Source: Pristiophorus japonicus
Lineage: Eukaryota
NCBI RefSeq assembly: GCF_044704955.1
Contig: NC_092006.1
Location: 4,712,001 to 4,776,000, forward strand
DNA: 64,000 nt
Direction of reading: 5' to 3'
Shown: piece after piece, positions 12,142-25,411 of the stretch
Position numbering within the stretch: the first letter of the stretch is position 1
How the letters are laid out: each line of letters begins with the position of its first letter
Notes under the pieces: model-generated
The model's database searches: none
Told to the model about the DNA's origin: nothing
Seen by the model: the letters and a program-made list of their open reading frames with translations, nothing else
Translations under genes and position numbers: made by a program

Positions 12142-14405
12142 ATAGAAACATAGAAAATAGGTGCAGGAGTAGGCCATTCGGCCCTTGTAGCCTGCACCGC
12201 CATTCAATGAGTTCATGGCTGAACATGCAACTTCAGTACCCTATTCCTGCTTTCTCGCCATACCCCTTGATCCCCCTAGTAGTAAGGACTACATCTAACT
12301 CCTTTTTGAATATATTTAGTGAATTGGCCTCAACAACTTTCTGTGGTAGAGAATTCCAAAGGTTCACCACTCTCTGGGTGAAGAAGTTTCTCCTCATCTC
12401 GGTCCTAAATGGCTTACCCCTTATCCTTAGACTGTGTCCCCTGGTTCTGGACTTCCCCAACATTGGGAACATTTTTCCTGCATCTAACTTGTCTGAACCC
12501 ATCAGAATTTTAAACGTTTCTATGAGGTCCCCTCTCATTCTTCTGAACCCCAGTGAATACAAGCCCAGTTGATCCAGTCTTTCTTGATAGGTCAGTCCCG
12601 CCATCCCAGGAATCAGTCTGGTGAACCTTCGCTGCACTCCCTCAATAGCAAGAATGTCCTTCCTCAAGTTAGGAGACCAAAACTGAACACAATACTCCAG
12701 GTGTGGCCTCACCAAGGCCCTGTACAAATGTAGCAACACCTCCCTGCCCCTGTACTCAAATCCCCTCGCTATTCACTGTCTGAGGCCGCGATAGGCTTAA
12801 TTGCTTACAGACTAACAACAGGAGAGAAACGAGGGCAGAGATGCAAGGAATTTATCCATTTTACCTTTGGCTTGTGTGTTTTGGTATGTGTAGTAATTAT
12901 AGAATGGTTACAGCACAGAGGAAGGCCATTTGGTCCATCGAGTCTGTGCCGACTCTGAACAAGTCCAACTCACCCCCTCGTCCTTTCCCCGTAGCCCTGC
13001 AAAATTCTTTCCTTCAGATACTTACCCAACTCCCTTTTGAAAGCCCCGATTGAGTCTGCCTCCACCACCCTCTCAGGCAGCGCTTTCCAGATCCCAACCA
13101 CTCGCTGCGTAAAAACGTTTTTACTCACGTCGCCTTTGGTTCGTCTACCAATCGCCTTCAATCTGTGTCCTCTGGTTCTCCACCCTTCCACCAATGGGAA
13201 CAGTTTCTCTCGATCTACTCGGTCCAGACCACCCATGATTTTGAACATCTCGATCAAATCTCCTCTCAATCGTTTCTGCCCCACGGACAACAACCCCGGC
13301 TTCTCCAGTCTCGCCCCGTCACTGAAGTCCCTCATTCCTGGAAGCATTCTCGTAAATCCTTCCTGCACCCTCTCCAAGGCCTTCACATCCTTCCCACAGT
13401 GCGGTGCCCAGAATTGGACACAATGCTCCAGTTGGGGGCCAAACAGATAACTTCCCCACTTTTCCACTCTACACCTCAACTTATGGACCCCAGATACCCG
13501 TCAGCCTTTGTAACTGCTTTCTCAACCTTGCTAGAACGACTGTCCGAGACAGATGAGTGAGTGTAGCATGGCTTGGGAGGACTGGATGACTTTGGACCTG
13601 TGGTCCCCAAAGCTCTCCATAACTGGGGGCTTTGCTCAAGTCAGGTCTGGGTCTGTTGTAGACTAATGGGTTGCGATGGTTTACCATTATCATTGGATCA
13701 CGCGAGCACCAGGATGGTAGAAGGCGAGCAAGATAATATTTATCTTTCTCTTTCCCATGGCAACTAGTGATGATTTCAACATTCACACCCCATCTAGACT
13801 CAGCTTTACTTTCCTATCTTATACCGTTACCATCTCAATTCGGCCCATTGTCCCCTTTTGCCTCTCTAATCTCTCCTGCCTTCCCCCCGATCACAGACCT
13901 TCCCGTTTGTTCTTTCATAAGAACATAAGAACATAATATAAGAACATAAGAATTAGGAACAGGAGTAGGCCATCTAGCCCCTCAAGCCTGCTCCGCCAGT
14001 CAACAAGATCATGGCTGATCTGGCTGTGGACTCAGCTCCACTTACCCGCCCGCTCCCCGTAACCCTTAATTCCCTTATTGGTTAAAAATCTATCTATCTG
14101 TGACTTGAATACATTCAATGAGCTAGCCTCAACTGCTTCCTTGGGCAGAGAATTCCACAGATTCACAACCCTCTGGGAGAAGAAATTCCTTCTCAACTCG
14201 GTTTTAAATTGGCTCCCCCGTATTTTGAGGCTGTGTCCCCTAGTTCTAGTCTCCCCGACCAGTGGAAACAACCTCTCTGCCTCTATCTTGTCTATCCCTT
14301 TCATTATTTTAAATGTTTCTATAAAATCACCCCTCATCCTTCTGAACTCCAACGAGTAAAGACCCAGTCTACTCAATCTATCACATTAAGGTAACCCCCT
14401 CATCT
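12142..14405 (-). mobile_element. Three CR1 LINE 3' fragments
   Basis: ORFs 12233-12739, 12970-13479 and 14032-14376 encode the CR1 ORF2 C-terminus ([19 protein letters not shown]..). Confidence 0.9.
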
Positions 14406-15759
14406 CCGCCCCTGCCTCTTTCCTCCCCTCCCCCTTTCACTATCCCCTTTGCACTTCCTTAAAAAGAAAGACTTGCATTTATATAGCGCCTTTCACGACC
14501 ACCAGGCATCTCAAAGTGCTTTACAGCCAATGGAGAGTACCTTTGGAGTGTAGTCACTGTTGTATTGTGGGAAACGCGGCAGCCAATTTGCGCACAGCAA
14601 GCTCCCACAAACAGCCATGTGATAATGACCCAGATCATCTGTTTGTTATGTTGGTTGAGGGATAAATATTGGCCCCAGGACACCGGGGAGAACTCGAAAT
14701 AATGCCTTGGGATTGTTTATGTCCACTGAGAGAGTAGATGGGCCTCCACCAAACAAAATCGTTTCTCTCTATCTAGTCTATGAAATAGTTAAATCGCCTT
14801 AATCACCTCAATTAGATAACCCCCTAATCTTTTATACGCAAGGGGGGTCTGTGCACACTGTCCTTATAAGTTAACCCTTTTTGCCCAACATGGTACTGGT
14901 GAACTTAAAGGCTCTTTGTAAAAACCTACAATATAAATTAACATTAACAAGAACACTGGGTCGCTGGGAATTTATTCAAACTCTCATAAGATGTTTTGGG
15001 AAGTTTCTGGGCGATGGATTTGAATGGGTCTTTGCCAGGATTGTTGCTGTTCCCGAATCTCATCCGGTTGTACCTGCTGATTCCAAAGTGATCGGAAGGG
15101 GAGTGATTAAACTGACTCTGGTGGATAACGCAATGTAACTACCTGTGGTACAGCCCTGTTTCTGGCTCAATATCTCCTCTGGGTAAAGAAGTTTCTCCTG
15201 AATTCCCCATTGGATTTATTAGTGACTGTCTTATATTGATGGCCCCTGGTTCTGGTCTCTCCCACAAGTGGAAACACTCCACGTCTACCCTATCGAACCC
15301 TTTCAGAAGCTTAAAGACCTGTATCTTGTTGACCCTCCGTCTCTTTTCGAGGGCCCCAGCAGGTTCAGCCTTTCCTGATGGCAAAACCTCTTAGTTCTGG
15401 TATCGTTTTAGTCAATCTTTTTTGCACCTTATCCAGTGCCTCTATATCGTTTTTATGATACGGAGAGCAGAACTGTGCACAGTGCCCCAAGTGTGGTCTA
15501 ACCAAGTTCCGATACAAGTTTAACATAATTTCCCGACTTTTCAATTCTATCCCTCTACAAATGAATCCTGGTTCTTTGCTTGTTTTAATGGGCTTGTTAA
15601 GCTATGTCGTTACATTTAGTAATTAGTGTATCTGTACCCCAGATCCCTCTGTTCTTCTACTTCATTATGGAAACTTATTTTCTAAGAAGGAACAGATATT
15701 TATAATAGATAACGAATTGCTGACAAAATCACTTCACTGCATTATTATGAACATACAGA

Positions 15760-16640
15760 ACATACATTTATATAGTGCTTTTCACGACCACCGGACATCT
15801 CGAAGTGCTTTAAAGCCAATGAAGTACTTTTGGAGTGCACTATTGTAATGTGGGAAACGCAGCAGCCAATTTGTGCACAGCAAGCTCCCACAAACAGCAA
15901 TATGAAAATGACCCAGATATTCTGTTTTATTTTGTTAATTGAGCGATAAATATTGGCCAGGCTACCGGAGATAATTCCCCTGCTCTTCTTCGAAACAGTG
16001 CGATATTTTATATCCAGATGAGAAAGCAGCTTGGTTTAATGTCACATCCGAAACACGGCACCTCCGACACTACAGCGCTCCCGCAGTACTGCCCCTCCGA
16101 CAGTGCGGCGCTCCCGCAGTACTGCCCCTCCGACAGTGCGGCGCTCCCGCAGTACTGCCCCTCCAACAGTGCGGCGCTCCCGCAGTACTGCCTCTCCGAC
16201 AGTGCAGTGCTCCCTCAGTACCGCCCCTCCAACAGTGCGGCGCTCCCTCAGTCCTGCCCCTCCGACAGTGCAGCACTCCCTCAGTACTGCCCCTCCGACA
16301 GTGCGGTGCTCCCTCAGTACCGCCCCTCCAACAGTGCGGCACTCCCTCAGTATTGCCCCTCCAACACTCCATCAGTACTGCCCCTCCGACAGTGTGGTGC
16401 TCCCTCCGCACTGCCCTCCCTCAGTACTGCCCCTCCCACAGTGCGGCACTCCCTCAGTACTGCCCTTCCCACAGTGCGGCGCTCCCTCAGTACTGCCTCT
16501 CCGACAGTGCGGTGCTCCCTCAGCCCTGCATTGCAGTGTCAGTCTAGATTTTTGTGCTCAAGTCTCTGGAGTGGGACTTGAACCCACAACCTCTTGTCTC
16601 AAAGGCAAGTGTGCTGCCCACTGAGCCACAGCTGACACTT
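15760..16640 (-). mobile_element. tRNA-derived SINE (DeuSINE/SacSINE1-like by recollection) with an internally expanded 33-bp repeat
   Basis: tRNA-like head (gtggctcagtgg..ggttcaagtccc) at the 16640 end; 33-bp array at 16060-16530; aaag-cgctatataaat-type tail. Confidence 0.72.
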
Positions 16641-17289
16641 AAAAGGAGCTGCTGGGTTTAAAATAATCCAGTTTCAATAGTAAATGTGACAAGGTTCACC
16701 TCCAGGACACAGCCAGAGAATGTTTGGGATCCATGTAAACGCCAGCTTTAATATCAATGCAGCTTAAACCTGGAATCAGTGTCTGAGTTGCCCCAGAGGT
16801 CCTAAGCCCCACATAAATCACATTTGCTCTATAAATGTGCGCTGTAAATCAGCATTAGAGATACACTGAGCGCATCTGGGCTTTAACGTTCAAAGAGCAG
16901 GAATCGCAAACGCAATGCTAGGGTTTGACAACCTGTTTATTTGTATTTGTAACATCGGACAGTGAGCCGTGTTAACTACGACTTGAATAATATCGTGCTC
17001 ACAGACAGCACAATGCATTTAAGAACAATACAAGCGAGGAGAGACAAGCCGGGACTGAACGGAAATGGCAGGCGACGTGTCGTCTTCGGAGTAGCGGATG
17101 ATGGGTCAAGAGAGGATTTCGACATGTTTCGAAGCTCCCGCAGAATTCCCCGTTTGCAAAGCGGCTTGAAATTGCACCGGTGGTGTTTCGGCGTTAAGGT
17201 TCTCCAATCGGCGTTACAATGGTTCTGCGTTGGTCAGTTTCCTCTTGCGATTAATTATTGATCAATGCGCATCAGATCGACAGAGTTCT

Positions 17290-18690
17290 TATATTCAGAG
17301 GAAAGGTTGGATAGGCTGGCGTTGTTGTCTTTGGAACAGAGGAGGCTGAGGGGAGAGCTAATTGAGGTGTGTAAAATGCTGAGGGGCCAGGATAGAGTGG
17401 ATAGGACGGACCTGTTTCCCTTGGCAGAGGGGTCAACAACCAGGGGGGATAGACTGAACGTAATTGGGGGGAGGTTTAGAGGGGAGTTCAGGAGAACTTT
17501 GTTCACCCAGAGGGTGGTGGGGGTCTGGGGCGGAGCTCGCTGCCTGAAAGGGCGGTAGAGGCAGAAACCCTCACCACATTTGGATGTGCACCTGAAGTGC
17601 CGTAACCTACAGGGCTACGGACCAAGAGCGGGAAAGTGGGATTAAGCTGGGTGGCTCTTGGTCGGCCGGCCCGGACACGATGGGCCGTAATGGCCTCCTT
17701 CCGCGCTGTAAGTTTCTAGCGTTTCTATGGTTTCAGAGGAAACTTTCCACCATGCTTCATATCCATGAGCTGTTCACTTTCCTTTCCCGTCGGACTGTTG
17801 GATCCGCCTTAAATGCCAGTTGGGCGTAAAGAGTCTATGAGAGAAAACAGAAACCATTATCGCGGCTCACATCATCACCATCGGAACGGAGTGACAGGAG
17901 GAGGCCATTCAGCCCCTCGAGCATGTTCCCCCACTCAATAAGATAAGAACATAAGAAATAGGAGCAGGAGTCGGCCATTCGGCCCCTCGAGCCTGCTCCG
18001 CCATTTAATGAGATCATGGCCGATCTGATCATGGACTCAGCTCCACTCCCCTGCCCGCTCCCCATAACCTCTTATCGCCTTATCGTTCAAGAAACTGTCT
18101 ATCTCTGTCTTAAATTTATTCAATGTCCCGGCTTCCACAGCTCTCTGAGGCAGCAAATTCCACAGATTCACAATCCTCTGAGAGAAGAAATTTCTCCTCA
18201 TCTCAGTTTTAAATGGGCGGCCCCTTATTCTAAGATCGTGCCCCCTAGTTCTAGTCTCCCCCATCAGTGGAAACATCCTCTCTGCATCCACAGCTGATCC
18301 TGTATCTTAACTCACTCTACCCACCTTGGTTCCCTAACCCTTAATCCCCTTACCCAACAAGAGTCGATCCACCTCTGTCTTGACATTTCCAACTGACCCC
18401 CGACCTCGACAGCTTTTTGGGGGAGAGAGTTCCAGATTTCCGCTCCCCTTTGTGTGAAGAAGTGTTTCCTGTCATCACCCCTGAACGGTCTGGCTCGAAT
18501 TTTAAGGTGACGTCCCCTTGGTCTGGACTCACCCCGCCAAAGGAACTCGTTTCTCTCTCTATCCACCCTATCGAACACTTTAATCATCATAAACAACTCG
18601 ATTAGATCGCCCTTTAATCTTCTATACTCCAGGGAATAAAAGCTTAGTCTGTGCAACCTGTCTTAATAATTTAACGCTTTTAGCCCCTGT
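17290..18690. mobile_element. CR1 fragments in the 3'UTR and last intron of gene B
   Basis: ORFs 17265-17558 (+), 18037-18291 (-) and 18312-18656 (-) have CR1 motifs. Confidence 0.85.
17757..17834 (-). CDS. Gene B terminal exon with TxYxxL motif
   Basis: ttttctctcatag acceptor; TLYAQLAFKADPTVRRERKVNSSWI*. Confidence 0.82.
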   Translation of the reverse strand, partial: TLYAQLAFKADPTVRRERKVNSSWI

Positions 18691-18699
18691 ATTATTAGT

Positions 18700-20105
18700 T
18701 AGGCCACAGCTGGAGTACTGCGTGCAGCTCTGGTCACCACATTACAGGAAAGATGTGATTGCACTGGAGAGGGTACAGAGGAGATTTACCAGGATGTTGC
18801 ACTAGAGAGGGTACAGAGGAGATTTACCAGGATGTTGCACTAGAGAGGGTACAGAGGAGATTTACCAGGATGTTGCACTAGAGAGCGTGCAGAGGAGATT
18901 TACCAGGATGTTGCACTGGAGAGGGTACAGAAGAGATTTACCAGGATGTTGCACTGGAGAGGGTGCAGAGGAGATTTACCAGGATGTTGCACTAGAGAGG
19001 GTGCAGAGGAGATTTACTAGGATGTTGCACTAGAGAGGGTACAGAGGAGATTTACCAGGATGTTGCACTAGAGAGGGTGCAGAGGAGATTTACCAGGATG
19101 TTGCACTAGAGAGGGTGCAGAGGAGATTTACCAGGATGTTGCACTAGAGAGGGTACAGAGGAGATTTACCACGGTTTTGCACTGGAGAGGGTGCAGAGGA
19201 GATTTACCAGGATGTTGCACTGGAGAGGGTGCAGAGGAGATTTACCAGGATGTTGCACTGGAGAGGGTGCAGAGGAGATTTACCAGGATGTTGCACTAGA
19301 GAGGGTGCAGAGGAGATTTACCAGGATGTTGCACTGGAGAGGGTGCAGAGGAAATTTACCAGGATGTTGCACTAGAGAGGGTGCAGAGGAGATTTACCAG
19401 GATGTTGCACTGGAGAGGGTACAGAGGAGATTTACCAGGATGTTGCACTAGAGAGGGTACAGAGGAGATTTACCAGGATGTTGCACTGGAGAGGGTACAG
19501 AGGAGATTTACTTGGATGTTACACTAGAGAGGGTGCAGAGGAGATTTAGCAGGACGTTGCACTGGAGAGGGTACAGAGAAGATTTACCAGGATGTTGCAC
19601 TGGAGAAGGTACAGAGGAGATTTACTAGCATGTTGCATGGACTGGAGAATTTTAGCGACGAGGAAAGATTGGATAGGCTGGGGGTTGTTTTCTCTGCAAC
19701 AGAGGAGGCTGAGGTGGGACCTGATTGAGGTGTATAAAATGATGAGGCGCCTGGATAGAGTGGATAGGAAGGACCTGTTTCCCTTGGCAGAGGGGGTCAA
19801 CAACCAGTGGGCAGAGATTGAAAGTAATTGGGGGGAGGTTTAGAGGGGATTTGAGGGGAAATGTCTTCACCCAGAGGGTGGTGGGGGTCTGGGGCGGAAC
19901 TCACTGCCTGAAAGAGTGGTAGAGGCAGAAACCCTCACCACATTTAACAAGTACCTGGATGTACACTTGAAGTGCCGTAACCTACAGGGCTACGGACCGA
20001 GAGCGGGAAAGTTGGATTAGGCTGGGTGGCTCTTGGTCGGCCGGCGCAGACACGATGGGCCGAATGGCCTCCTTCCGCGCTGTAAACTTCTGTGATTCTA
20101 TGATT
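18700..20105 (+). mobile_element. CR1 3' fragment containing a 38-bp tandem array
   Basis: [10 protein letters not shown].., then the array, then EERLDRLGLFSL.. and the 3' tail. Confidence 0.88.
18759..19640. repeat. 38-bp minisatellite (about 23 copies) derived from CR1 ORF2
   Basis: Unit TTGCACTGGAGAGGGTACAGAGGAGATTTACCAGGATG, which encodes [13 protein letters not shown]. Confidence 0.92.
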
Positions 20106-20321
20106 ATTCTGTCAACTTGTAATTATATATAATCGGCAACTTAAAATATGACCGATATTTTGTAATCTGTTTTTGCAGTTCTATCAAAATAAACTGCTTT
20201 CCTGCAGAGTTCATTATGCAAAGTTTTATAGAATCGTTAACTATGAATCTTAACCGTTGGATTAAGGATGAGTGCAGGTAACTGCAAGGTGTCAAGCAAA
20301 GACAATTATTTTTACTCTCAC

Positions 20322-20380
20322 CTCCTTATCTCTTGCACCTGGTCTGGAATCCGTGAATTTCTCATCGCTGGCCGTGTTAC
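20322..20380 (-). CDS. Gene B cytoplasmic exon (59 nt)
   Basis: tttatttcag acceptor, GAG|gtgaga donor; GNTASDEKFTDSRPGARDKE; same length and phases as the gene D exon at 51049-51107. Confidence 0.78.
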
Positions 20381-20769
20381 CTGAAATAAAGGGAATGCAA
20401 TCTAAGTCTAAATGCACACACATTTCACGCTGATATGCACCGAGCCAAATGTTGTTTCCTTCAGGTAATTATCCAACTCCCTTTTGAAAGCCACGTTTGA
20501 GTCTGCCTCTACCACCCTCTCAGGCAGTATGTTCCAGACCCTAACCACTCGCTGCTTAAAAATAGTTTTTCCTCATTTCGCCTTTGCTTCTTCTGCCTTA
20601 AATCTGTGTCCTCTGCTTCTCCACCCTTCTCCCAACGAGAACAGTTCCTCTCTGTCTGGACCCCTCACGATTTGGCCATCCTGACTTGGGCATCGGTCAT
20701 TGGGTCACAATCCCGGAATTCCCTCCCTAACAGCACTGTTAGGAGCACCTTCACCACAGCGGACTGTCG

Positions 20770-21708
20770 AACTCGTTTGGCAGAACGTCTCATCGCAAGG
20801 GCTTTCACACAAGCACCAAGACGTAGCTTGGTTGGCGGTGAGGAGGGCCTTACCCGTCAGAGCCTTCATGCACAGCCGGCGTCTCAGCAGCACGGCACGG
20901 TGCCCCCGAGTCGGCTGCAGGGCGGACAAGACTGTCACCCATCTCCTTCAGGATTGCCCCTTCGCAAGGCAGGTTTGGAAGGAGATGCAGTGGTTGCTGT
21001 CGAGGTTCATCCCGGGCAGCTCCGTAACACAGGACTCTGTGCTCTACGGGCTGTTCCCAGGGACACACACCGAGACAGACATCACCTGCTGCTGGAGGGC
21101 CATCAACTCGGTCAAAGACGCTCTTTGGTCTTGCCGAGACTTGCTGCTCTTCCAGAGCAAGGAGATGTCCACGTCTGCGTGTTGCAGACTGGCGCAATGC
21201 ACGATCCAGGATTACGTGCTGAGGGACGCACTTAAAATCGGTGCAGTCGCCGCAAAGGCACGGTGGGGAAGGGCCACAGTTTAAAGCCCTTCTGACACGG
21301 TAAACCCGGGGGCAGGAATCAGTACAAAACTCCCCTCGGGCTGTACTTGTAACTTCTTTTTTGTGTACATGGAGCACCATGATCTGTAAACACCTATGTA
21401 GTGCCATGTACAATGTAAGGTCTGTTTCGTAATGCACGTTGAAAAGAAACATGTAAATGTACCGTCACCCATTCCGTGTACTGTATAGTGACACGTGTAA
21501 TGTAATTTGTTGAATGTACTACAAGGTATCCCGTATTGTACCGAATTGTACTTGAACTGAAAAGCAAAGAAATGTATCGAACGGAACTGCCGTCAGCACC
21601 CAAATGTAGTGTATGGGATTGCTGACCGCAGCTAAATGTACTGAACTGCTTTTGAATGTACTGTACAAATTTTTATACGAATAAAGTATATTTTGAAATT
21701 AAAAAAAT
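20770..21708 (+). mobile_element. Tx1/L1-clade LINE 3' fragment (C-terminal zinc-knuckle region plus 3'UTR)
   Basis: ORF ..CPRVGC..TVTHLLQDCPFARQVW..; ends in aataaa and an A-tail. Confidence 0.8.
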
Positions 21709-21754
21709 AACACAGTAACTGGATAGATTGGCCGCGCCTCCCGACCGCCGCTAC

Positions 21755-21871
21755 CTGACTGCCGGGTCCTGCAGCTCCAGCTCGCCATCACCGTCACCAT
21801 CAGGAGGAGGAGAAGCACCACCGAGCAAGTCACCAAAACCCATAAACTACAGTCGCTGTGCAGCGGGAGCC
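21755..21871 (-). CDS. Gene B stalk plus transmembrane exon
   Basis: GLPLHSDCSLWVLVTCSVVLLLLLMVTVMASWSCRTRQS; 117 nt, like gene D; uncharged TM. Confidence 0.85.
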
Positions 21872-22019
21872 CTGTACACAAGGGGGAAAAACAGCCACTT
21901 AGTTAAAAAAAAATCCCGTAACCCAAGCCCTCTGCTTCTCGCAGGAGGTTCAGGGAGACCCAGTACCATCTTCCAGGGTCCACGAGGGTTAGATACTCAA
22001 TACCGAGTCTTCCCAACAT

Positions 22020-22053
22020 CAATAGATAGAGATAGACAGACAGACGTATCGAC

Positions 22054-22084
<31 letters not shown>

Positions 22085-22898
22085 TGTATAGACAGATAGA
22101 TNNNNNNNNNNNNNNNNNNNNNNNNNNNNNNNNNNNNNNNNNNNNNNNNNNNNNNNNNNNNNNNNNNNNNNNNNNNNNNNNNNNNNNNNNNNNNNNNNNN
22201 NNNNNNNNNNNNNNNNNNNNNNNNNNNNNNNNNNNNNNNNNNNNNNNNNNNNNNNNNNNNNNNNNNNNNNNNNNNNNNNNNNNNNNNNNNNNNNNNNNNN
22301 NNNNNNNNNNNNNNNNNNNNNNNNNNNNNNNNNNNNNNNNNNNNNNNNNNNNNNNNNNNNNNNNNNNNNNNNNNNNNNNNNNNNNNNNNNNNNNNNNNNN
22401 NNNNNNNNNNNNNNNNNNNNNNNNNNNNNNNNNNNNNNNNNNNNNNNNNNNNNNNNNNNNNNNNNNNNNNNNNNNNNNNNNNNNNNNNNNNNNNNNNNNN
22501 NNNNNNNNNNNNNNNNNNNNNNNNNNNNNNNNNNNNNNNNNNNNNNNNNNNNNNNNNNNNNNNNNNNNNNNNNNNNNNNNNNNNNNNNNNNNNNNNNNNN
22601 NNNNNNNNNNNNNNNNNNNNNNNNNNNNNNNNNNNNNNNNNNNNNNNNNNNNNNNNNNNNNNNNNNNNNNNNNNNNNNNNNNNTATAGACAGATGTATAG
22701 ATAGATAGATAGATAGACAGACAGATTTATGGATAGACAGACAGTTAGATNNNNNNNNNNNNNNNNNNNNNNNNNNNNNNNNNNNNNNNNNNNNNNNNNN
22801 NNNNNNNNNNNNNNNNNNNNNNNNNNNNNNNNNNNNNNNNNNNNNNNNNNNNNNNNNNNNNNNNNNNNNNNNNNNNNNNNNNNNNNNNNNNNNNNNNN
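22020..22898. repeat. (GATA/GACA)n microsatellite with N-runs at 22102-22683 and 22751-22898
   Basis: Visible tetranucleotide repeats flank the Ns. Confidence 0.9.
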
Positions 22899-23610
22899 TG
22901 GGTGTCATGGTACATCAGTCATTGAAAGTTGGCATGCAGCTACAGCAGGCGGTGAAGAAGGCAAATGGCATGTTGGCCTTCATAGCGAGGGGATTTGAGT
23001 ATAGGAGCAGGGAGGTCTTACTGCAGTTGTACAGGGCCTTGGTGAGGCCTCACCTGGAATATTGTGTAGAGTTTTGGTCTCCTCATCTGAGGAAGGACAT
23101 TCTTGCTATTGAGGGAATGCAGCAAAGGTTCACCAGACTGATTCCTGGGATGGCAGGACTGACATATGAAGAAAGACTGGATCGACTAGGCTTATATTCA
23201 CTGGAATTTAGAAGAATGAGAGGGGATCTCATAGAAACATATAAAATTGTGACGGGACTGGACAGGTTAGATGCAGGAAGAATGTTCCCAATGTTGGGGA
23301 AGTCCAGAACCAGGGGTCACAGTCTAAGGATAAGGGGTAAGTCACTTCGGACCGAGATGAGGAGAAACTTCTTCACTCAGAGAATTGTGAACCTGTGGAA
23401 TTCTCTACCACAGAAAGTTGTTGAGGCCAGTTCGTTGGATATATTCAAGAGGGAGTTAGATGTGGACCTTACGGCTAAAGGGATCAAGGGGTATGGAGAG
23501 AAAGCAGGAATGGGGTACTGAAGTTGCATGATCAGCCATGATCATATTGAATGGTGGTGCAGGCTCGAAGGGCCGAATGGCCTGCTCCTGCACCTACTTT
23601 CTATGTTTCT
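22899..23610 (+). mobile_element. CR1 LINE 3' fragment
   Basis: ORF 22907-23521 is the CR1 ORF2 C-terminus, followed by the 3'UTR. Confidence 0.92.
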
Positions 23611-24120
23611 ATATTTGGACGGACGGATAGATGGTAAACAGACAGATAGTTTACAGATAATACAACACTTGGTAAAGCAGTGGATCAGGATGAGGATAAT
23701 TATAGGCTGCAGGAGAGCACAGACGGGTTGGTGAAATGGCCGTCAGCACGGCCGGTGGGGTTCAAAGCGGGGAAGTGTTAAGTGTTTCAGTTTGGGAGGA
23801 GTAACAGGGACAGACAATGTACTGTGAATGGCATCGAGCGAGGACGTGATCCACCGGAAATGGCAGTATATTATTCTCCAATTTGACCCATGGATCGCCC
23901 AGGAATATACCTGCTCTCCCAGCAGGTAGATATGACCTAGCAGGACAGAAGGACCTTATAATTGAGAAAGGTAAACATTGAGAGATCTGGGAGAGGTAAA
24001 TCATTGAGATACTTACACACGAATTTGCAGAAAGGAAGAGAATTTGAATGTATAACGTGACAGGGCTAACAATGATCTCTTACATCACCATTGAAGATAT
24101 TAGTGAAGGAGAATAGTTAC

Positions 24121-24423
24121 CGCTCAGCGATGAGATGCTTTCACTGATGAAATTGCCGGTGGAATTGACCGGAACGGCGCAAGTGCAGACAGCGCCACTC
24201 CGCCAAGTTTCCGCCGAGACGCTGAGGTGACTCCCGACCGTGAGCGTCCCGTCCGGCTCGGTGGTCCCGGAGTCGCTCCGTCCCTCGGCGAGCCGTCCCG
24301 AAACATTCCAGCGGACGGGAAGGGAATCGGGAGTCAGGCTTCTGACCAGACACAGCAGCGGGACCCTCGCCAGCGAGGGAATTTCGTCCTGCGGCGGAGT
24401 TAAGAGCTGTATTTCCGGAGACC
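24121..24423 (-). CDS. Gene B C1-set domain
   Basis: GSPEIQLLTPPQDEIPSLARVPLLCLVRSLTPDSLPVRWNVSG..EPDGTLTVGSHLSVSAETWRSGAVCTCAVPVNSTGNFISESISSLS; AG/GT ends, phase 1. Confidence 0.92.
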
Positions 24424-24500
24424 CTGCCGAATTTGGGGAGGATTAATATTCGACGGAAATCGGCCGTTATTTATGACGAAATTCGTAAACGAATTCTTAC

Positions 24501-24839
24501 CTGTAATGAGCAATTTCGAGCCGTTTCCGAATATAAGGTGCAATAGACTAGATTTCTTAGCTGCGCAGTAATACACCCCTGAATCGTTCCCCTGGACCTC
24601 GTTCACAATCAGAGAGTAAATATTGAATTTGTCTTCAATTTGGCCGGAAAATCTTCCTTCAGGAATATTGTAGTTCCTCACGGTGTAAACTTTCTGGAGA
24701 GGTCCTCGGTTCTGCTGCTTATACCACTGCACAGCTCGAGTCAGCAACTGACCAGCGTGACAATCTGTCTTGAAGGTACTGCCAACCGAGAGAGTCTGGA
24801 CCGACGGACTCTGGGCGAAATAGTCCTGGGAGGCAATAA
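24501..24839 (-). CDS. Gene B germline-joined VJ domain
   Basis: IASQDYFAQSPSVQTLSVGSTFKTDC..VQWYKQ..GRFSG..YSLIVNEVQGNDSGVYYCAAKKSSLLHLIFGNGSKLLIT|gtaag; the FGxG J motif is in the same exon. Confidence 0.94.
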
Positions 24840-25008
24840 CTGAGAGAAGAACATGGTCACCACGGGGTCTGTTACAACAGGAATAAACACTGCTTCAGAT
24901 CAAGAAACCCACAGAGCAGTGAACGGTGAGAGAGGCGCTCGTGTTCAAGGAGCCTCATTTCTAATTGAGTTCAATGCTGAGGGTTAACATTGAGCCAATA
25001 ACAGGAGG

Positions 25009-25411
25009 NNNNNNNNNNNNNNNNNNNNNNNNNNNNNNNNNNNNNNNNNNNNNNNNNNNNNNNNNNNNNNNNNNNNNNNNNNNNNNNNNNNNNNNNNNNN
25101 NNNNNNNNNNNNNNNNNNNNNNNNNNNNNNNNNNNNNNNNNNNNNNNNNNNNNNNNNNNNNNNNNNNNNNNNAGAGAAACAGATAGAGAAAAAGAAAGAA
25201 AAAGAGAGAGAGAGCGAAAGAGAGAGATAAAGAAAGAGAGCGAGNNNNNNNNNNNNNNNNNNNNNNNNNNNNNNNNNNNNNNNNNNNNNNNNNNNNNNNN
25301 NNNNNNNNNNNNNNNNNNNNNNNNNNNNNNNNNNNNNNNNNNNNNNNNNNNNNNNNNNNNNNNNNNNNNNNNNNNNNNNNNNNNNNNNNNNNNNNNNNNN
25401 NNNNNNNNNNN
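25009..25411. repeat. AG-rich repeat with N-runs at 25009-25172 and 25245-25411
   Basis: Ns flank a GA-rich stretch. Confidence 0.85.
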
